NCBI GenBank assembly: GCA_024231215.1
Contig: JAAEQR010000142.1
Coordinates: 356,593 to 420,592 of the forward strand
Reading direction: 5' to 3'
From: PVC group bacterium
Lineage (GTDB): Bacteria > Omnitrophota > Gorgyraeia > B26-G9
Length of the DNA: 64,000 nt
The notes under the pieces are model-generated. The model was not told the DNA's origin, did not search any database, and worked only from the letters and a program-made list of their open reading frames with translations. Below are positions 58,501 to 64,000 of the stretch, one piece after another. Made by a program: the position numbers and the translations under genes. Every line of letters starts with the position of its first letter. Positions within the stretch are counted from its first letter, which is position 1.

Positions 58501-59208
58501 TTATATACCGCGCAAAAAACAATTTTTTACATGCTCACCGGCAAGCTTGGACATTATCTTCAGCTCCCCAATGGAATATGGCTTTATTTGACTTAGATCT
58601 TTATCCAACGTTTCTTTTGCTTCAAACTGCTGCAAAACATAACGCTTAGCTCCGCCGATAGATTCGGCTATATTCAAAATATCTTCCCGATTAATAAAAG
58701 AAGGCACTACCGTAGTTCTAAATTCATAATCTATTTTGCTGGCAAGTAAAATAGCAATGCTCTCACGAATACTCATAATATCTACAGCCGTACCAACTGC
58801 CTTTTCATAACGCGATTGTTCCAGCGGCGCTTTTATATCCATGGCTATATAATCTGCCAGATTATAATCTATAAGATCCCGGATTACGTCGGGATTGCTT
58901 CCATTTGTATCTACTTTTACTAACAATTCGTTTTTTTTCAACTCCGTTAAAAGCGGGCACAAATTTTTATTCAACGTGGGTTCTCCCCCTCCGATGACAA
59001 CTGCCTCTATCCAACCTTTTTTTTCGCTGAAAAACTTCACAATATGGTCAAAAGGAACGTCCGGAAGCTCTTGAGGCTCTGTAACTAAACTGCTTGAATG
59101 GCAGAAAGGACAACGGAAATTACATCCGGGAAGATAAATCACGCTGGAAAGTTTGCCTTCCCAGTCGATAAATGTAGACGGATTAAATCCTTTTATCGCA
59201 TATTCCAT
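58501..59208 (-). CDS. nrdG: Anaerobic ribonucleotide reductase activating protein
   Basis: GCNFRCPFCH, GGEPT, DTNGS, MDIKAP, YEFRTT; downstream of nrdD. Confidence 0.92.
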   Translation of the reverse strand: MEYAIKGFNPSTFIDWEGKLSSVIYLPGCNFRCPFCHSSSLVTEPQELPDVPFDHIVKFFSEKKGWIEAVVIGGGEPTLNKNLCPLLTELKKNELLVKVDTNGSNPDVIRDLIDYNLADYIAMDIKAPLEQSRYEKAVGTAVDIMSIRESIAILLASKIDYEFRTTVVPSFINREDILNIAESIGGAKRYVLQQFEAKETLDKDLSQIKPYSIGELKIMSKLAGEHVKNCFLRGI

Positions 59209-59268
59209 AATTACTAATACTCCCTTCAATTAAGATAGTTCCTATCTTAACACAAAAACAAGAAAAAA

Positions 59269-59326
59269 TAAACCCAGAAATTGTATTAGATACATATGAA
59301 AAATACTAATACAATTTCTGGGTTAA
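59269..59326. repeat. Palindromic repeat family, copy D
   Basis: AACCCAGAAATTGTATTAG / CTAATACAATTTCTGGGTT perfect arms around a 16-nt spacer. Confidence 0.8.
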
Positions 59327-59375
59327 AGACACTGGAAATTAATTCATATTGCCAGAGCCCCTAAAAATCATTGAA

Positions 59376-59648
59376 CTATTTCGTCAAAAGGTGTTCTTTT
59401 ACCTTATCGGAATGAGGAACTTCCCCGTCCCAGCGGTCAAGAATTTCTTCGTTCTTCTCAATGATTGTAGTCGGGATCTGCATAACATCGTGATATGCTC
59501 CTTCGGCCATCCCATCAACCGTATCCATATCATGAAAAGTAATATCTACTTTATCTTCAACTTCCCATTTTGTTACAAAGAAGTTTATTTTATTTTTCGT
59601 AGTTTCACACTTAGCACATTCATTTTTTCCGAAAATCTTTATCTGCAT
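59376..59648 (-). CDS. Thioredoxin/glutaredoxin-like protein
   Basis: IFGKNECAKC (CxxC), cis-Pro motif QIPT; GGAGG RBS; lies between nrdD and nrdG. Confidence 0.8.
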   Translation of the reverse strand: MQIKIFGKNECAKCETTKNKINFFVTKWEVEDKVDITFHDMDTVDGMAEGAYHDVMQIPTTIIEKNEEILDRWDGEVPHSDKVKEHLLTK

Positions 59649-59678
59649 ACTACAACCCCCTCCTTTGTTGAACAAGCA

Positions 59679-62102
59679 TTATTTTGAAGCAACTTTATAA
59701 TCCCCTTTATGCCGATCATCTAATTCGGCAAGCTTTGAAGGGTTCCAATTATTAACCCGGCTGAAATATCCCACAATCCGAGTGATATTATAAATATCAC
59801 TTGAATCACAATGTCCGCAATTATCTTCCATGCCCCTGGTTGTTTTTGAACAGGAATTACAAACTGTGAATTCCGGAGATATAGTGATCTGGGCTGCCTG
59901 TGTACTATCAAACGTCTTTTTCACCAAACTTAAAATTGAATCAGGATGCGGTTTCTGTTCACCGACAAAAGCGTGAATAATCGCTCCGGATTCGATCATC
60001 GTATGAAATTTGCTTTGCTTCTGTATCCGGGTAATTAAATCCAGAGATGCATCCGCACGAAAATGTATACTATTGGTGTAATAATAGCGGTCACTGTCAA
60101 TATCTCCCTTTATTACGTCCGCAGCTTGCGGAAACTGTCTCATATCTACCTTCGGCAAACGCCGGCAAGCAGACTCTGCAGGAGATTCTTCCAAAGAAAA
60201 TTTTAACCCGTATTTTTTCTGATACTCTTTTGTTTTCTGATGCATAAACGCAACAACCTTTAATCCCTGTTTAAAAGTTGTTTCTGATTCATGCAGTTCT
60301 TTTCCCGTTACATACTGCATACATTCATTAAGGCCGATCAATCCTATAATATATGTGCCCTTTTCCAAATCGATATAGGGCCGGCCGTCCTTGGCCGGTT
60401 TACCCATTTCCCACATAGGCATTCCTGGTTCCTGCATAATCTGGGTAATAAATTCTTTTTTCTCTAGATGAGCCGCTACTGCCAAATCCATCGCGTACCC
60501 AATCTCTTTGAACAGTTTATCAAAGTTGTCTTTTCCAGAACGATATCCTGCCTGCGGCAGATTTATAGTTACATTCTGGAAGCCGCAAAATCTCATACTC
60601 TCCGGATGTTCGATCATATAACGATCATCTATTTTCTGACGCAAACGACAGCACTGAGAAAGCACAGCTTCATCACCCCGGTCAAACACAAAATAAGTTG
60701 TGCCGTTTTCACTAGCAACAAGACAGGCATATTTCAATAATTCAAGCTGACGCGGATCTTCAAAAGATTCATTGCTGATATGGAAATCGCATTTCGGAAA
60801 AGCAAAGACACGTCCGTCCTTATCTCCGTCACGCCAAACATCCATCATCGCCTTGGCAAATTTTATTGCTGATTCCTCATAATCACCATAAGTTCTGCCC
60901 GTATATTTACCGTTGGCACCTATTGCCGGAATATCTTTAAGATAGTTCGGCACGCCGGTATGTACGTTAAAATCAATAAACAAACTCTGACTGCCGCGTG
61001 AAAATGCATTTTGTGAAGCAGAGAATATTAAATACTGTGCTTCCTGCTTCATTTCCTTTTCAGTCATATTTTCTACATACGGAGCATATAATATATTCAC
61101 ATATCCAATTCCCAGAGCTCCGGCATAATAGGCCTGAAGTGAAGCAAGAAATGTGTTCAAATGTCCCGTAAGTGTCCTTGCATATTTTGCCGGTCCGCTG
61201 GAAGTAAACAAATTACCCAGCTCAAGCCCGTATTTCTTAATATATTCTAAAGAATGAGAACTGCAATACGCTCTTGGATATCCTAAGTCATGAACATGAA
61301 TAACACCACGTAGATGAGCATTACCAACTTCTTCTGAAAATACTTTCTGCAGCATATACTGTTTTAATATTGTTTCAGCAATCGATAAATTTACAGCTTC
61401 CGGATTATTCGCGGCAATATTAGAGTTTTCACAGCTTTTAGAAAAAAGAAGTTGTTCCAGATCAAATGTCGGCATACCGATAATGCTCTGCCGGGTTAAA
61501 CTTTTATCCAACCCGCGTTCGAAAAGTTCATTATCAACCAATTCTCGGATAAGCGCGGTAGAAATCCTGGACAACCCGGAATTAAAAACTTTCTTTTCAA
61601 CGCTGGAAGCGATTTCCATAGCTACATCTTCAGCGATATTCGCCTCTTTCTGCAAAGCCAGGGCAATCCTGCCCTTATCCCAGCTTAATATTTCATCTTT
61701 TGCCAATGGGGTAACCAACAAAGCCAAATCTGTTGAACTAGAAGTCTTATGCACTCTTTTTCTTACCTTAAGACTAGTGCGAATTTTACTTCTTTTATCC
61801 CGATAAAGGATATATACTTTTGCAGTCTGAGCGTGTCCGGTTTCAATTAAAACCTTTTCCACCATATCCTGAATTTGTTCGATTGTGGGACTAGTTTCCA
61901 CAAAATTCTTCTCTAAAAATAACACAACAGCATTAGCAAGCTCTTCCGCCAAAAGTTTATCCTCTCCGCCGACAGCCTGCGCTGCTTTAAAAATAGCTTG
62001 TGTGATTTTCTTTTTATTAAAAGGTACTACCCTGCCATCTCTCTTGGTCACATATTGAAGACCAGCTCCCTCCATGGAATTTTTCTTGTCCTGTGCTAAC
62101 AT
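59679..62102 (-). CDS. nrdD: Anaerobic (class III) ribonucleoside-triphosphate reductase with two ATP cones
   Basis: VTKRDGRVVPF cone, HVHDL, SQCCRL, ESPAES, YYTNS, Zn site CxxC..CxxC, glycyl-radical loop RIVGYF. Confidence 0.95.
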   Translation of the reverse strand: MLAQDKKNSMEGAGLQYVTKRDGRVVPFNKKKITQAIFKAAQAVGGEDKLLAEELANAVVLFLEKNFVETSPTIEQIQDMVEKVLIETGHAQTAKVYILYRDKRSKIRTSLKVRKRVHKTSSSTDLALLVTPLAKDEILSWDKGRIALALQKEANIAEDVAMEIASSVEKKVFNSGLSRISTALIRELVDNELFERGLDKSLTRQSIIGMPTFDLEQLLFSKSCENSNIAANNPEAVNLSIAETILKQYMLQKVFSEEVGNAHLRGVIHVHDLGYPRAYCSSHSLEYIKKYGLELGNLFTSSGPAKYARTLTGHLNTFLASLQAYYAGALGIGYVNILYAPYVENMTEKEMKQEAQYLIFSASQNAFSRGSQSLFIDFNVHTGVPNYLKDIPAIGANGKYTGRTYGDYEESAIKFAKAMMDVWRDGDKDGRVFAFPKCDFHISNESFEDPRQLELLKYACLVASENGTTYFVFDRGDEAVLSQCCRLRQKIDDRYMIEHPESMRFCGFQNVTINLPQAGYRSGKDNFDKLFKEIGYAMDLAVAAHLEKKEFITQIMQEPGMPMWEMGKPAKDGRPYIDLEKGTYIIGLIGLNECMQYVTGKELHESETTFKQGLKVVAFMHQKTKEYQKKYGLKFSLEESPAESACRRLPKVDMRQFPQAADVIKGDIDSDRYYYTNSIHFRADASLDLITRIQKQSKFHTMIESGAIIHAFVGEQKPHPDSILSLVKKTFDSTQAAQITISPEFTVCNSCSKTTRGMEDNCGHCDSSDIYNITRIVGYFSRVNNWNPSKLAELDDRHKGDYKVASK

Positions 62103-62105
62103 CGC

Positions 62106-62567
62106 CTATGCCCTCCTCTTGTTTAAAAGATCTTTAAGTTCCCCTAAAAATTGATTAATGTCTGTAAACTGACGATACACTGAAGCAAACCGTACATAAG
62201 CAACTTCATCGATATCATGTAATTGATGCATTACCATCTCTCCGATATCTTTGCTGTTAACCTCTTTGTCATAGGTCCGCTGTAAAGCACGTTCAATCGC
62301 GTCTACTAATTCTTCTACTGTCTTCATGCTTACCGGACGTTTTTCACACGCCTTTAAAAGACCTGACAAAATTTTGTTTCTGTCAAACGGTTCTCTGCGT
62401 CCATCAGTTTTAATAACCATGAGTGTTGTCTTTTCAATATATTCATAAGTTGTAAACCGGCGTTGGCATTTTAAACACTCACGTCTTCTTCTAATTGCAT
62501 CACCCTCAGATGAAATACGAGAATCTACTACTTTATCTTCGATATTACCGCAAAATGGACATTTCAT
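62106..62567 (-). CDS. nrdR: Transcriptional repressor NrdR
   Basis: MKCPFC..DKVVDSR...[24 protein letters not shown]. Confidence 0.97.
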   Translation of the reverse strand: MKCPFCGNIEDKVVDSRISSEGDAIRRRRECLKCQRRFTTYEYIEKTTLMVIKTDGRREPFDRNKILSGLLKACEKRPVSMKTVEELVDAIERALQRTYDKEVNSKDIGEMVMHQLHDIDEVAYVRFASVYRQFTDINQFLGELKDLLNKRRA

Positions 62568-62602
62568 AAGGAAAGATTTTTTACCAATATTTTAAGCCGT
62601 TT

Positions 62603-62658
62603 ATACATCATCTTGTAGTTACACTCTTGTTATACACCATATATAGTGTGGGTGTCAA
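62603..62658 (-). promoter_or_regulatory. nrdR-nrdD promoter with tandem NrdR boxes
   Basis: ACACCATATATAGTGT (62634-62649) and ATACATCATCTTGTAG (62603-62618), 31 bp apart, overlapping TTGACA-N18-TATAAC on the minus strand. Confidence 0.8.
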
Positions 62659-62735
62659 ACCTTTTTTTTGCCAAAAAATGGAAGGAATTAGGGGTTTTAA
62701 CCAGCTGTTCGGCTGATTACATCAAAAAACTTCTA

Positions 62736-63224
62736 TTATATAGTTTTTTCGACTATCACTAACTCGATCAGTGCTTCTTTTAAAATTTTTTTTGCGTTTT
62801 CATCCGGATAATTAGCCGCAATTACGATCTTTTTTATTCCGGCATTTACAATCATTTTAGCGCAAATAATACATGGCTGCAAGGTACAATAAAGAATACC
62901 CTCTTTTACACTAATACCATAATGAGCTGCCTGTAAAAGTGCGTTCATTTCCGCGTGTAAGGCCCGGCAAAGTTCATGCCGTTGGCCGGAAGGAACTTTC
63001 AACTCTTCCCGCAAACATCCAATATCCTGACAATGTTTAAGTCCGGAAGGAGCACCGTTATACCCTGTGGTTAAAATTCGTTTATCCTTTACAACCACCG
63101 CGCCAACTTGCCTTCTTAAACATGTAGACCGCTGCGCCACCAATTGGGCAATGCCTAAAAAATACTGATCCCAGCTTGGACGATTATCTATCATTTTCTT
63201 TTTTCTACTTATTTTTTTCTTCAT
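62736..63224 (-). CDS. dCMP deaminase (ComEB-like)
   Basis: [33 protein letters not shown]. Confidence 0.92.
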   Translation of the reverse strand: MKKKISRKKKMIDNRPSWDQYFLGIAQLVAQRSTCLRRQVGAVVVKDKRILTTGYNGAPSGLKHCQDIGCLREELKVPSGQRHELCRALHAEMNALLQAAHYGISVKEGILYCTLQPCIICAKMIVNAGIKKIVIAANYPDENAKKILKEALIELVIVEKTI

Positions 63225-63228
63225 AATA

Positions 63229-64000
63229 TTACTTATATAAAGGAAAGCGTTTTGCTAACACATTCACTCTACTTTTAAACTTTCTGATTTCTGCCGCAGA
63301 TAGATCCGCATCTTTGATTAAAGCATCATCTAAAATTGCCGCGATTTGATTCATTTGAGTTTCTTTCATACCCCTGGTTGTTACTGCAGGCGTCCCTAAA
63401 CGAATTCCGCTGGTTACCATGGGAGACTTTGCATCAAACGGAATCAAGTTTTTATTTATCGTTATATTTATTTTCCCCAATAATGCCTGAGCATCTTTAC
63501 CTGTAATCTCCCGGCTGTTTAAATTAACCAGCATAAGATGAGTATCAGTCCCGCCGGCAACAATACGAAAACCTCTTTTTGTCAAAGCACCGGCTAAAGC
63601 TTTAGCATTAGCTACCACCTGCGCTTGATATTTTTTAAATCCAGGGTTTAAGGCTTCTTTTAAAGCTACTGCCTTGGCTGCAATTGTATGCATTAACGGG
63701 CCTCCCTGCATCCCGGGAAAGACATTAAGATCAACTTTTTTAGCAAATTCTTTTCTGCATAATATCATGCCACCGCGCGGCCCTCGTAATGTTTTATGCG
63801 TAGTCGTAGTTACAAATTCAGCATATTTTATCGGAGACATGTGAACTCCTGCTGCAACCAGTCCGGCAATATGCGCCATATCTACTAAAAGATATGCTCC
63901 TACACTATCACATATTTTACGAAATTTTTTAAAATCAATTTTTCCAGGGTAAGCCGAAGCTCCGGCTAAAATCAGTTTTGGTTTATACTTTTTTGCCTTT
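63229..64000 (-). CDS. glyA: Serine hydroxymethyltransferase (partial, N-terminus outside window)
   Basis: [46 protein letters not shown]. Confidence 0.97.
   Translation of the reverse strand, partial: KAKKYKPKLILAGASAYPGKIDFKKFRKICDSVGAYLLVDMAHIAGLVAAGVHMSPIKYAEFVTTTTHKTLRGPRGGMILCRKEFAKKVDLNVFPGMQGGPLMHTIAAKAVALKEALNPGFKKYQAQVVANAKALAGALTKRGFRIVAGGTDTHLMLVNLNSREITGKDAQALLGKINITINKNLIPFDAKSPMVTSGIRLGTPAVTTRGMKETQMNQIAAILDDALIKDADLSAAEIRKFKSRVNVLAKRFPLYK

Noticed and set aside
35154-59326. Repeat family considered as a CRISPR array
   Set aside because: Copies are kilobases apart with no regular spacers and no cas genes

Overview
AT-rich chromosome segment from a diderm, probably anaerobic bacterium. 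The gene content (bamD-lptE-holA/rpsT/murJ, PEP-CTERM, PilZ, clan-AA protease with a DxIYLKNG N-terminus, class III RNR) suggests a PVC/Omnitrophota-like organism; this is inference only. Bases 1-19040 form one tightly coupled minus-strand cluster that runs off the left edge. It mixes glycosylation genes (Dpm1, four more GT2s, a GT-C-like protein, a Wzx flippase, an epimerase) with isoprenoid and lipid-tailoring genes: an IspA-like protein with a degenerate first Asp-rich motif, a UbiA prenyltransferase, a geranylgeranyl-reductase-like flavoprotein, a CrtC-like protein, an RPH/PigC-type PEP-utilising enzyme, two B12-type radical SAMs (one partial) and a SPASM radical SAM. This is the best candidate for an undescribed system, possibly a glycosylated and modified prenyl-lipid pathway. 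The rest is mostly housekeeping (ogt, uvrC, murJ, rpsT, holA, lptE, bamD, nnrE, accA, dus, actP, tRNA-Phe, nrdRDG with NrdR boxes, glyA). Other oddities include a signal-peptide-bearing radical SAM, a promoter- and terminator-bounded ~89-nt structured RNA candidate, a four-copy palindromic MITE/REP family, an insertion that duplicated the 3' end of ogt, a DUF3524/QTMAN-like GT4 fused to an SDR, and a leaderless solute-binding protein paired with a GAF-GGDEF cyclase. All calls come from motif reading only; no database searches were run.
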